From Geobacter metallireducens GS-15 (lineage in GTDB: Bacteria > Desulfobacterota > Desulfuromonadia > Geobacterales > Geobacteraceae): a stretch of DNA of 32,000 nucleotides. Location of the stretch: the NCBI RefSeq assembly GCF_000012925.1, contig NC_007517.1:3480001-3512000 (forward strand). Reading direction: 5' to 3'. The number at the start of each line of letters is the position of its first letter. The first letter of the stretch is position 1. The notes under the pieces were generated by a model. It did not search any database, was not told the DNA's origin, and saw only the letters and a program-made list of their open reading frames with translations. Below, in pieces: positions 1-8,746 of the stretch. The position numbers and the translations under genes were made by a program.

Positions 1-910
1 TGTCGAACCCCACCTGCTTCTCCCCGGAGCCCGCCGGGTCGAGGGTAATGGTGGAGCCGCCGTAGAAGACCCAGCGCCCCCCCTCGTGGAGTGACTGGTA
101 GAGCTCGTTCAGCTTCAGGTAGTGCTGCTCCTCGGTCTTGGCAAGCCAGCGGAAGATCCGCTTCCCCTCGGGATTGAAGGTTTTCCGCTCGGCCCTGGTG
201 TAAAAGTCAAAGGTCTCCTTTTCGATCTCAATGGCCCGCATGATGGCGTCGAGGGTCTCTTTGGTCTGGTCGTTCATGGGCGCTCCTGACGGTAAAGTGG
301 TTTCAATGGTCAAAAGTTCGTCAACGGTCCTGGAGTGAAATACCCGGCAGCCGAGCTCCCGCGGCAGCCGCAGGTCGATGTCGTAACGGTCCCCCACGAA
401 GAGGCAGTGGGAGGGTTCTTGCCCGATCTCCCGGAAAATCTCTTCGAGAACCTGACGGTCCGGTTTGGGGCGCCAGGAATCCTCGATGGTAAAGATGCGC
501 CGGAAGCACCCGTCAACGCCGAGGGCCGTCATGATCCGCGAAGAGAGGAGGCGGTTGTTGTTGGTGTAGATATGGAGATCGAACCGCTCGCCCAGCCTCT
601 CCAGCAACTCCACCACCCGTTCGTCCCGGGTGAGGAAGGGCTCCGGTTCGATCTCGGCCTCAAAACGGCGATGGAGCTCCCGCAGGTCAATCCCCAGTTC
701 CAGACAGACATGGCTCAGGGAGGCGGTCCGGCCGGTGCGGACGGCTATCTTTTCCCGGGTCTCCCGGATGAGGAGTCTCGCCTCCTCGGGGGAAATCCCC
801 CGTACCGCGGCCACATGCCCCATGGCGGAGGCGTCGATCTGGCGACCGACCCCTTCACTGTCGTAGAGGGTGCCGTCCAGGTCGAAAACCAGGGCGCGAA
901 TCCCGCTCAC
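1..910 (-). CDS. HAD-superfamily hydrolase domain continuing in-frame into a ferritin-like/rubrerythrin-type domain (3' end outside window)
   Basis: The minus frame is open from GTG at 910-908 to the window edge. Upstream of the GTG is an in-frame TAA, then the SD-like GGGGAGGGGG. Translation VSGIRALVFDLDGTLYD...YTNNN...RPKPD...VGDRYDID carries HAD motifs I-IV. After the linker TIETTLPSGAP it reads MNDQTKETLDAIMRAIEIEKETFDFY...LAKTEEQHY (rubrerythrin-like E...ExxH). It is missing from the ORF track, presumably because it has no in-window stop. Confidence 0.7.
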   Translation of the reverse strand, partial: MSGIRALVFDLDGTLYDSEGVGRQIDASAMGHVAAVRGISPEEARLLIRETREKIAVRTGRTASLSHVCLELGIDLRELHRRFEAEIEPEPFLTRDERVVELLERLGERFDLHIYTNNNRLLSSRIMTALGVDGCFRRIFTIEDSWRPKPDRQVLEEIFREIGQEPSHCLFVGDRYDIDLRLPRELGCRVFHSRTVDELLTIETTLPSGAPMNDQTKETLDAIMRAIEIEKETFDFYTRAERKTFNPEGKRIFRWLAKTEEQHYLKLNELYQSLHEGGRWVFYGGSTITLDPAGSGEKQVGFD

Positions 911-959
911 CGTTACCCCCTCCCCTTACGGGTAGAGTCTATCATCGGAAGGCCCCGTG

Positions 960-2117
960 TCAAAAGAGCTTGCCCCAGTCGCGCATGCAGAGGAGCCGGG
1001 GGTTTTCGACCCCTTTCGCCTGGACGAGGACCTTGAAGGTGTCCCCCATCCCCCCCTCGGGGAGGATGAGCTTCTTGAGGGCGAGGCGGATGGCGATCTG
1101 CTCCTTTTCCGATGTGGCGGCGGCCTCCAGGGCCATGAGCTCCTCCATCATGCCGGTGGCCACCAGGAAGCGGTACTGCTCGCCGTACCAGACCTTGCGC
1201 AGCCCCAGTTCCTCCCCCCGCGCGGCAAGGGTGGTGAAGTCCACGTGGGTGGTCATGTCCTGGAGACCGATCCGGATGTAGGGGTTCTCTTCGATGGTAT
1301 GGCGGTAGTAGCAGAGGAGGGTGCCGTTCAGGCGCATGGGGCCGTAGAGCTCGGGGGCCAGGTAGCCGTAGTCGATGGTGAGGACGAAGCCCCGTTCCAA
1401 GGCAGTGGCCACCGATTCAAGCCACCGGACGGCGTTCAGGTTGATCTCGGCCCGCTGTCCCACGGCGAAGGTGATGCCGAGACGGGAGAGGTACGCCTCC
1501 AGCTCCGGCGTTGAGGGGAGGTCGAGGATTTCTGAGAACTGGTCCCCCTCGGCCGCGACAAAGACCTCGCGCAGCCCCTCGGGGCCCATTTCGACCAGGT
1601 GGGGCGGGAAGGAGTCGATCAGTTCGTTGGAGTAGAGGCAGCCGGTGAACCGGAGCCGCCCCTCGGCCAGGTCGGCGGGGGTGCTCCAGGAGACCTTGGG
1701 AAGATGCGGGGCGAGGAGCTCCCCCTGCACTGCGGCAAGGCTCGGCTCGGCCTCGATGAGGGTGAGGCGGATGCCGTCGTAGAGGGTGGGGTTCAGCTCC
1801 TGGATGGCGTCGATGACATCGGTGGCGAGACGGCCGTGGCCTGCCCCGGCCTCCACGATGTCGAAGGAGGCGGGGCGCCCCATCTCCTCCCACATGCGGC
1901 AGATCTCCCGGGCAATGAGGCGTCCGAAAACGGAGTGGACGTTGATGCTGGTGTAGAAATCCCCCTCGGCCCCCACCTTGCGGCCGGGGGAGGTGTAGTA
2001 GCCGAGCCCCGGCTCGTAGAGGCACATCGCCATGAAGTCGGCAAAGGGAATTCGCCCCTGCTCCCGAATCCGGTTGAGAATGATCCCCCTGAGCCTGTTG
2101 TCGTCCGGCTGATCCAC
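960..2117 (-). CDS. class I SAM-dependent methyltransferase, MidA/NDUFAF7 (DUF185/COG1565)-like
   Basis: 385-aa ORF with a GTG start 6 nt after a GGGAGG SD. The N-terminal IPFADFMAMCLYEPGLGYYTS and the VEAGAGHGRLA SAM-binding loop are typical of the family. Confidence 0.85.
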   Translation of the reverse strand: MDQPDDNRLRGIILNRIREQGRIPFADFMAMCLYEPGLGYYTSPGRKVGAEGDFYTSINVHSVFGRLIAREICRMWEEMGRPASFDIVEAGAGHGRLATDVIDAIQELNPTLYDGIRLTLIEAEPSLAAVQGELLAPHLPKVSWSTPADLAEGRLRFTGCLYSNELIDSFPPHLVEMGPEGLREVFVAAEGDQFSEILDLPSTPELEAYLSRLGITFAVGQRAEINLNAVRWLESVATALERGFVLTIDYGYLAPELYGPMRLNGTLLCYYRHTIEENPYIRIGLQDMTTHVDFTTLAARGEELGLRKVWYGEQYRFLVATGMMEELMALEAAATSEKEQIAIRLALKKLILPEGGMGDTFKVLVQAKGVENPRLLCMRDWGKLF

Positions 2118-2141
2118 GCAAAACCTCCCGAAAAAAGCTCA

Positions 2142-2170
2142 GTTATAGAGGATGGGGATGGGTTTGTCAA
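2142..2170 (-). promoter_or_regulatory. sigma70-type promoter for the methyltransferase/HAD operon
   Basis: The minus strand reads TTGACA-17 nt-TATAAC. The -10 element lies about 25 nt upstream of the GTG at 2117. Confidence 0.5.
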
Positions 2171-2223
2171 TGCAGGGGTGGCACAACGGTAACGATGAAA
2201 GTGCAAGAAGGGAAACGGGCGGC

Positions 2224-4941
2224 TTACACCGCCCGGATACGGTCACGGGGATCCACATTGACGGGAGAGAGATCAAGGGTCTTCCCGTCGGCCAGGAGCC
2301 GGCCGAGCTCTTCGGCGGTGATGGGGCGGCTGAAGTAGTACCCCTGCATCTCCTCGCACTGGTGGCGGCAGAGGAAGTCGATCTGCTCCGCCAGCTCGAC
2401 CCCTTCGGCGATGGTCTTCATGCCGAGGCCGTGGGCCATGGTGATGATGGTCTTCACGAGGGTGGCGTCGTCGGGGTCCCGGGTCATGTCGCGGATGAAC
2501 GCCTGGTCGATCTTCAGGTTGGCGATGGGGAAGCGCTTCAGGTAGCTGAGGGATGAATAGCCGGTGCCGAAGTCGTCGATGGCCACCTCGATCCCCCGGT
2601 CCGTCAGTTCGCGGAGGATGGCGGCCGACTTCTCCGCCTCCTGCATGACGAGGCTCTCGGTCAGCTCCAGCTCCAGCCACTGGGGGGCGAGCCCCGTCTC
2701 CATGAGAATCTCCTCCACCATAGCGATGAGGTTTTCCTGCCGGAACTGGCGGGCCGAGAGGTTGACGGCCATGCGGAGCGGCGGCAGACCAGCATCCTGC
2801 CAGGCCTTGTTCTGGGCGCAGGCGGTCCTGAGAACCCACTCGCCCATGGGAACGATGAGCCCCGTCTCCTCGGCTAGGGGGATGAACTTGGCCGGCGACA
2901 CGAGCCCCATCTCCGGGTGGTTCCAGCGCACCAGGGCCTCCACGCCGCAGATCCGGCCGTTCCGCAGGTCGACCCGGGGCTGGTAGTGGAGCAAGAACTC
3001 CTGATTCTTCACGGCCCGGTGGAGGCTCGTCTCCAGGGAGAGCCGCTCGAAGACCCGGATGTTCATCTCCGCCGAGTAGAACTGGTAGTTGTTCTTCCCC
3101 TGCTCCTTGGCGTGGTACATGGCGGCGTCGGCGTTCTTGAGGAGCGCGTCCACGGTCTCGCCGTCGGTGGGGAAGAGGGCGATGCCGATACTGGCCGTGA
3201 CGTAGATCTCGTTCCCCATGAGGAGGAGCGGCGCCGCGAAGACGTTGATCATCTTCTTGGCCACGGTGATGACGTCAGGCACTTCCCGCACGTTGGGGAG
3301 CACGATGATGTATTCGTCGCCGCCGAGCCGCGCCACCGTGTCTCCTCCCCGCAGGCAGTTCTTGAGCCGGTTGGCCACCGCCTTCAGGAGCATGTCCCCC
3401 ACCGTGTGTCCCAGGGTGTCGTTCACCTTCTTGAAGTTGTCCAGGTCCAGGAACATGACGCAGATGGGGTTGCGGCGCCGGAACGCTTCCAGGGCCAGGG
3501 CCTGGCCGAGGCGATCCTGGAGGAGGTTGCGGTTGGGGAGCCCCGTGAGGGGGTCGTGGGTCGCCTGGTAGACCAGCTGCTCCTCGTAGCGGCGGTGCTC
3601 GGTGATGTCGTTCATGACCCCGATGTAGTTGGTCACCACGCCGTCCCGGTCCCGGACGGGAGCGATGAAGAGCTCGTTCCAGAAGGGGGAGCCATCCTTG
3701 CGGTAGTTGCGGAGCACGAAGCACCCTTCCCGCTCCTCCTTGAAGGCCTGCACGAGCTTCTTGAGCTCGGCCTGGTCCCGGTCGTCGCCCCTGAGGAAGC
3801 GGGGGTTCTTGTCGATCACCTCATCGACGCCGTAGCCGGTGATCCGTTCGAAGGCCGGGTTCACGTAGATGATGGGGTTGTCGGGATGGGTGGCGTCGGT
3901 GATGGTTATGCCGTTGATGCTCGACTCCATGGCCCGCTTGAGGAGAACCAGCTCCTGCTCATTGCGTTTTCTGGCCGAGATGTCGGAGATGATGGTGATG
4001 ACCCCGAGCGGTGTGCCCGAGCCGTCGCAGATGGGGGCCGCCGAGAGGCTCACGTCGATGGGGGAGCCATCCTTGCGCCGGCGACGAAGTTCCACGTCGG
4101 TGATCCTCTTCCCCTGGAGGACCAGTTCCCGCAGCTTCCGGTGCTCTGCCGCCCGCTCCGCCGGGGCGACGGGATAGGGTTTTCCCAGCACCTCCTCGGC
4201 GCTCCAGCCGAAGATTTCCACGGCAGCCCGGTTCCAGAGGGTCACCTTCCCACCGCAGTCCACCGCCACGATACCCTGGGGCGAGGCCTGGATCAGGGTG
4301 TCAAGCTTTTCATTGGTTTCGCGGAGCCGCTCACCGGTCTCCCTGCTCTCGGTAACATCGCGAACAATGCCGAGAAAGTGCCAGACACCCTTCATCTGCA
4401 CCCGGCTCAGGGAAAGGGCGGCCGGGAAACGGCTCCCGTCGCTCCGGATCCCCTCCGCCTCGCAGGTCAGGCGGGAATGTTCCTCGCCGCAGCAGACAAG
4501 GGGGGTAAGGAGAGGATTATCCTTCCCCGTCGACCTGATTGCCAGGATATCGCCAAGGGAGCGTCCCGTTGCCTCGGCACTCTGGTAGCCGAAGAGCTGC
4601 TCGGCAGCGGGGTTGAGGGAGAGGAGGCGGCCGGCTCCGTCAAAACTTATGATGCCGTCGGCGATGTGATCGAGGAGGAGATCGGTGTGCAGCGAGGCGG
4701 TGAATGCCACGCTCCGCAGCGGACGGACAATGCTCAACCAGATGATGGGGGCCGAAAGGATGACGAGGAGAAGCGCGTCGAGGAGGGAGATGGCCAGGGG
4801 AGTGCCGCCATCCGCGGTTCGCGGCAGCAGCACCATGAGGAACAACTCGATGACGAAAACAATGAGGAGAAGGGCCAGCAGCTGCTTTTTAGGCGACGGC
4901 AGATATCGCAGAATCTTGTCGGATTTTTCGGCCAAACCCAT
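2224..4941 (-). CDS. membrane-anchored PAS/PAC sensor diguanylate cyclase/phosphodiesterase (GGDEF + EAL)
   Basis: 905 aa with two N-terminal TM helices and about three PAS/PAC repeats. It has a GGDEY active-site motif with RGGD (RxxD I-site) 5 residues upstream. EAL signature residues are present: EALVRW, NLSARQ, ELTES, DDFGTGYSS, KIDQAF, EGVE, QGYYFSRP. Confidence 0.95.
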   Translation of the reverse strand: MGLAEKSDKILRYLPSPKKQLLALLLIVFVIELFLMVLLPRTADGGTPLAISLLDALLLVILSAPIIWLSIVRPLRSVAFTASLHTDLLLDHIADGIISFDGAGRLLSLNPAAEQLFGYQSAEATGRSLGDILAIRSTGKDNPLLTPLVCCGEEHSRLTCEAEGIRSDGSRFPAALSLSRVQMKGVWHFLGIVRDVTESRETGERLRETNEKLDTLIQASPQGIVAVDCGGKVTLWNRAAVEIFGWSAEEVLGKPYPVAPAERAAEHRKLRELVLQGKRITDVELRRRRKDGSPIDVSLSAAPICDGSGTPLGVITIISDISARKRNEQELVLLKRAMESSINGITITDATHPDNPIIYVNPAFERITGYGVDEVIDKNPRFLRGDDRDQAELKKLVQAFKEEREGCFVLRNYRKDGSPFWNELFIAPVRDRDGVVTNYIGVMNDITEHRRYEEQLVYQATHDPLTGLPNRNLLQDRLGQALALEAFRRRNPICVMFLDLDNFKKVNDTLGHTVGDMLLKAVANRLKNCLRGGDTVARLGGDEYIIVLPNVREVPDVITVAKKMINVFAAPLLLMGNEIYVTASIGIALFPTDGETVDALLKNADAAMYHAKEQGKNNYQFYSAEMNIRVFERLSLETSLHRAVKNQEFLLHYQPRVDLRNGRICGVEALVRWNHPEMGLVSPAKFIPLAEETGLIVPMGEWVLRTACAQNKAWQDAGLPPLRMAVNLSARQFRQENLIAMVEEILMETGLAPQWLELELTESLVMQEAEKSAAILRELTDRGIEVAIDDFGTGYSSLSYLKRFPIANLKIDQAFIRDMTRDPDDATLVKTIITMAHGLGMKTIAEGVELAEQIDFLCRHQCEEMQGYYFSRPITAEELGRLLADGKTLDLSPVNVDPRDRIRAV

Positions 4942-5013
4942 ACGGGCACTCCATCGCGGCGCCGGAAGGGGCGAGGGGCCGCGTGCTACGGATTGTTCAC
5001 ACTCTATTTACCC

Positions 5014-5040
5014 GTATCGACCGGCCGGCAAAAAACTTTA
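5014..5040 (-). promoter_or_regulatory. candidate sigma28 (FliA)-type promoter upstream of the GGDEF-EAL gene
   Basis: The minus strand reads TAAAGTTT-11 nt-GTCGATAC, against the enterobacterial consensus TAAAGTTT-N11-GCCGATAA. It lies 73 nt upstream of the ATG at 4941. Confidence 0.45.
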
Positions 5041-5050
5041 GCCGCAGTGG

Positions 5051-6055
5051 TCAGGAAGTCTTTGCCCCGTATTTTTCAGCCATCCGCCGCGCCGCCGCGC
5101 CGACCTCATCCCGCAGGGAGGCAGGCGCCAGCACCTCGGCATGCTCGCCGTAGGAGAGGACCCAGGAGACGATCTCCATTTTCCCTCCGGCAGTGAAGGA
5201 GAGGACGAGGCTTCCGTCGGCTCCGCTCCGCTCCGTCTGACTCGGGTGCCAGACCCGCCCCCGGACCGCGTGGGCGACCCCGGGGGAAAAGCGGATCATC
5301 ACCTCCAGGGGCTCCTCCTCCACGATGCCGAAGGCCCCCCTGAGCCGCTCCTCGGGGCGGTAGTCGGCGGGAATCTCGAAGCGCTCCTTCCGCACCTCCA
5401 CGCCGGTGATCCGCTCGGCGGCAAAGGTCCGCAGGGCCTGGCGGTTATGGGCATACCCCACCAGGTAGAGCCCCCCCTTGTAGAAGACCAGGGTGTAGGG
5501 GTCCACCTCGTAGGTGCTGGCCCTCCCCTTCCCCGCTCCCCGGTAGGAGAGCCGCACCCGGTACTGGTAGATGAGGGCGTCCCGCAGGCTCTCCAGGTGC
5601 CCGGCCACCGGGGCGTAGTCGCGCCGCCCCTGCAAAAGCGGCAGCGACACGTCGGCGATCCGCTCCATGTGGGCCGCGTAGCGGGGGGGAAGCACCGAAT
5701 TGATCTTGCGGAAGACCGCATCGAGATCCTCCCGGAAGGGAGTTCCGTCGAGAAAGGAGAGCTGGGAGCGGAAAAAGGAGAGAGCCATGAGCTCCTGGAG
5801 GGTGAAGGTGATGGGGGGGACATCCTTGAAGCGGGTGAGGAAGCGATAGGCCTTGCGACCGTTCAGCCATTCGGAAATCAGCGGATACCCCGCCTCGTGG
5901 ATGACGTTCAGGTCCCGGTGGACGGTGCGGCGGTCCACTCCGGTCTCCTCGGCCATCTCGTCGAGGGTGACCCCGTGACGCGCCTCGATGAGGCGGATGA
6001 GGTCATGGACCCTCCCTGCCTGGGAGTACTTCTTGGCCGGCTTTCCCTTCTGCAT
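5051..6055 (-). CDS. HTH + WYL domain transcriptional regulator
   Basis: The start is placed at the internal ATG (MQKGKPAKKY...), 6 nt after a GGGAGG SD. There is an N-terminal HTH (VTLDEMAEETGVDRRTVHRDLNVI) and a central WYL-type core (YEVDPYTLVFYKGGLYLVGY), followed by a C-terminal WCX-like extension. Confidence 0.85.
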   Translation of the reverse strand: MQKGKPAKKYSQAGRVHDLIRLIEARHGVTLDEMAEETGVDRRTVHRDLNVIHEAGYPLISEWLNGRKAYRFLTRFKDVPPITFTLQELMALSFFRSQLSFLDGTPFREDLDAVFRKINSVLPPRYAAHMERIADVSLPLLQGRRDYAPVAGHLESLRDALIYQYRVRLSYRGAGKGRASTYEVDPYTLVFYKGGLYLVGYAHNRQALRTFAAERITGVEVRKERFEIPADYRPEERLRGAFGIVEEEPLEVMIRFSPGVAHAVRGRVWHPSQTERSGADGSLVLSFTAGGKMEIVSWVLSYGEHAEVLAPASLRDEVGAAARRMAEKYGAKTS

Positions 6056-6087
6056 GGTTGACCTCCCGGTGACGACTTTGGGGGGGG

Positions 6088-6115
6088 ATGATACCTGAAG
6101 CGCCGGGAGGTGCAA
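6088..6115 (-). promoter_or_regulatory. possible sigma70-type promoter for the WYL regulator gene
   Basis: The minus strand reads TTGCAC-16 nt-TATCAT, directly after the MCP stop codon and about 33 nt upstream of the ATG at 6055. Confidence 0.3.
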
Positions 6116-6131
6116 CGAGAAAAAACGGCTC

Positions 6132-8555
6132 CTACACCCTGAACCACCCCACCATGCCGTTCAACTCACCGGCCAGGCGGGAGAGATCCTCGGAGGAATG
6201 CTTGATGTCACTGAACGAACTGCGCAGTTCACGGGTAATGACGGAAATCTCATCCATGTTCCGGGAAACGTCACCGCTGGTTGACGACTGCTGCTCCGCC
6301 GCCACGGCGATGCGCCGCACCATGTCGGTGACCCGTTCCACATACTCCACGATCCGGTCCGTGGCCTCCATGGTATCGTTAATCCGGTCGAGGATCGTGC
6401 CCACCGACCGCCGCTCGTGATGCATGGAGCCCACCGACTGCTTCACGCTCTCCTGCATGGCTTTCACCGTCTGGGAAATGTCCGCGGTGGCGGTTGCCGT
6501 TCTCTCGGCCAGTTGCCGGACGCTGTCGGCGACCACGGCGAAGCCCCGCCCCTGCTCACCGGCACGGGCAGCCTCGATGGAGGCGTTGAGGGCCAGCAGG
6601 TTGGTCTGGTCCGCAATATCCTCGATCAGGGTGACGATCTCGTTGATCTGGGCCGACTGGTCCCCCAGGAGTTCCACCTTGCCGGCGGTATCCTCAAAGG
6701 TTCCGGCGAAGTGGCGCAACTCCCGGACGGTGAGCGACATGGCCTCCTTTCCCTCAAGCGCGGCCGTTTTCATCATCTCGGCGGTTCCGGCAGCCTCGGA
6801 GGTATTCCTGGCCACATCGAGGGTCGTCTGGGACATTTCCACCATGGCAGCCGCCGACTGCTCCACGCGTAGAGCCTGCTGTTCCGCTCCCTCCTCAAGG
6901 ACAGCGGCAGTGGTTGACATCTCTTCGGAATTACTGGCCAGAGACTCCGTGGCAGCGCCGATTCTGGCCACTATCTGGCGGATACTGTCCACCATCTTCG
7001 CCATTGACGCCTGAACCTTCCCCACCTCGTCGCGGCTGCCGCTTTCCAGGCGCGCGGCAAGGTTTCCTCCGGCCACCTCCTCGGAAGCGGCGATGAGCTG
7101 TCCCATCGGCAGGGCAATGGAGCGATAGATCCAGAAGCCAATCAGAATGCCGAACACGATGGCACCGATGCTGATGCCGACAATGAGGCCCATGCTGAAA
7201 CGGATCGTCGTATTGACCGATGCAATGGCCTTTTCCTGATCACCCTGGGCAGTTGTTACGGTCTCTTTTCCTTTCGCTGCCTGCTTCCGCACGATTTCCC
7301 GAAGCTTTGCCGCATCGTGCTCCGCCCGGGCCTTGAGTTGCATCTTCTGGTGGAGTTTTGCAAGGATCCCGTCCTTGGCCAGAATGGTCTCCCGGATGCT
7401 GGAGAGCGAGCCGAAGGCTGCATTGAGGAGCTTCAGCTCCTGGTTGGCCTTGACCTTCCGCAGCGAGACTTCCACCGCTCTCTCTGCCGCGGCTATCCTC
7501 CCGTACTGCTGGTTGATCTCGGCGGCGATACCGTCCAGTTCCTTTTCCGACCCGGCGAGGAACAGGCGGGAGGAGAGCCCTTCCACGGAGACACCGAGGG
7601 AGACCAGATCGGAGTTGCTCGACAGAACACCAACGGCGATATTCGAATTCGAGAAATTGCCCTTCAGCTTGGCGGCAACAGCCGTGCTCATCTGGTTCGC
7701 CTTGTCCGCCTCATCCTCGATCGTTTCGGAAATCGTTGCCAACGCCTCGCCCACGTGGCCGGCAAGGGCATCGACCCGCCTTTGATCGCTCCCCTCCACC
7801 TGGGCCTTGATGAGTTCTTCCATCCTGGCATTGATGGCAGCGACTTCGCTGCCGATCTGCTTGTTCTGCCGGACGTTACTGTTCTGCATAACCTTCTTCA
7901 TGGCAACGGCGTACTTTTCCTGAATCTGCTTCTTGTTCTGCACCCGCTGCAGGTCGACGACCAGGTACTGGACCTCTTTCAGGGATGCCTTGAGGGTTTC
8001 AATGCTCCTCAACCGCTGGGCAATCTTGTCGGTTTCGTCAGTGGCCGAGGCATAGGCGGCGGAACTGCTCTGCTGGAGGTTCTTGACTTTGCGGTCCAAC
8101 TCCTTGAGCCGCGCGGTTGTCTCCCTGGCCTGCCGGGAAATCATGGCGCTTGCCTCCGCCGATTCCCTTTCGGACGTAAGTTTCGCGGTCATGGTGCTGA
8201 ACAGCTCGGCGGCAATGCCGTTCAACTCATCAGACGCCTGGAGTTTCTCCCCGGAGAGGTTTTCCAGCACCTCCTGCGCCGCCCTGACATCCCTCAGCGA
8301 CTGTTCGGCCTCCGCCTTCGCCGCTGCGAACTCCTGGGTGGTTGCCGACGCCACCACCTTGATCAGATCGGCGGTGGCCCCCTGAAGCGACCGCTGGAAC
8401 TCGACGGTGCGCATCTGGAAGGGGGTGCTCTTTTCCGTGAGATACGAGAGTCGCCCCTTGATGGACCGCATGCCGATGAAGCTGGTGACGGCGACGGCAC
8501 CAACAACGATGATCATGATACAGGCGTTCGCCGTGAGTTTTGTCTTGATGGTCAT
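6132..8555 (-). CDS. methyl-accepting chemotaxis protein with a large helical periplasmic sensor domain
   Basis: 807 aa. TM1 lies at about residues 10-30, followed by an all-helical region of about 420 aa, then TM2 (GLIVGISIGAIVFGILIGFWIY). A HAMP domain follows, then the conserved signalling hairpin (LLALNASIEAARAGEQGRGFAVVADSVRQLAERT). Confidence 0.95.
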   Translation of the reverse strand: MTIKTKLTANACIMIIVVGAVAVTSFIGMRSIKGRLSYLTEKSTPFQMRTVEFQRSLQGATADLIKVVASATTQEFAAAKAEAEQSLRDVRAAQEVLENLSGEKLQASDELNGIAAELFSTMTAKLTSERESAEASAMISRQARETTARLKELDRKVKNLQQSSSAAYASATDETDKIAQRLRSIETLKASLKEVQYLVVDLQRVQNKKQIQEKYAVAMKKVMQNSNVRQNKQIGSEVAAINARMEELIKAQVEGSDQRRVDALAGHVGEALATISETIEDEADKANQMSTAVAAKLKGNFSNSNIAVGVLSSNSDLVSLGVSVEGLSSRLFLAGSEKELDGIAAEINQQYGRIAAAERAVEVSLRKVKANQELKLLNAAFGSLSSIRETILAKDGILAKLHQKMQLKARAEHDAAKLREIVRKQAAKGKETVTTAQGDQEKAIASVNTTIRFSMGLIVGISIGAIVFGILIGFWIYRSIALPMGQLIAASEEVAGGNLAARLESGSRDEVGKVQASMAKMVDSIRQIVARIGAATESLASNSEEMSTTAAVLEEGAEQQALRVEQSAAAMVEMSQTTLDVARNTSEAAGTAEMMKTAALEGKEAMSLTVRELRHFAGTFEDTAGKVELLGDQSAQINEIVTLIEDIADQTNLLALNASIEAARAGEQGRGFAVVADSVRQLAERTATATADISQTVKAMQESVKQSVGSMHHERRSVGTILDRINDTMEATDRIVEYVERVTDMVRRIAVAAEQQSSTSGDVSRNMDEISVITRELRSSFSDIKHSSEDLSRLAGELNGMVGWFRV

Positions 8556-8648
8556 TCGAAAAGTCCTCTGCTTGCCGCCATGTAGCCCAACTAAACTGCA
8601 CCAACAAGGGGAGAAGACGCCAAGCGCCTTCTCCCCCCCTGTTATTGC

Positions 8649-8674
8649 TTATCGGCAAAATCTGCACAACTTGA
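8649..8674 (-). promoter_or_regulatory. candidate sigma28 (FliA)-type promoter upstream of the MCP gene
   Basis: The minus strand reads TCAAGTTG-10 nt-GCCGATAA, with a perfect -10 octamer. It lies about 95 nt upstream of the ATG at 8555. Confidence 0.45.
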
Positions 8675-8746
8675 GCGTGTTTAAAAATAATTTTGGCACA
8701 TTAATCATGCGCAATCAGCCAGATCAAGCAAGTGACTCCGTTGCAT

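Noticed and set aside
1417-2121. A 234-aa alternative-frame ORF overlapping the methyltransferase gene on the same strand.
   Set aside because: Its translation is an Arg/Pro/Gly-rich frame artefact, whereas the 960-2117 frame gives a recognisable SAM-methyltransferase sequence.
2917-5196. A 759-aa ORF on the + strand, and similar long ORFs at 7317-8585, 8732-10147, 21972-23372 and 25980-27392.
   Set aside because: All are antisense shadows of well-supported minus-strand genes in GC-rich DNA. Their translations are low-complexity and rich in Gly, Arg, Pro, Leu and Val, with no recognisable domains and no SD or start-codon context.
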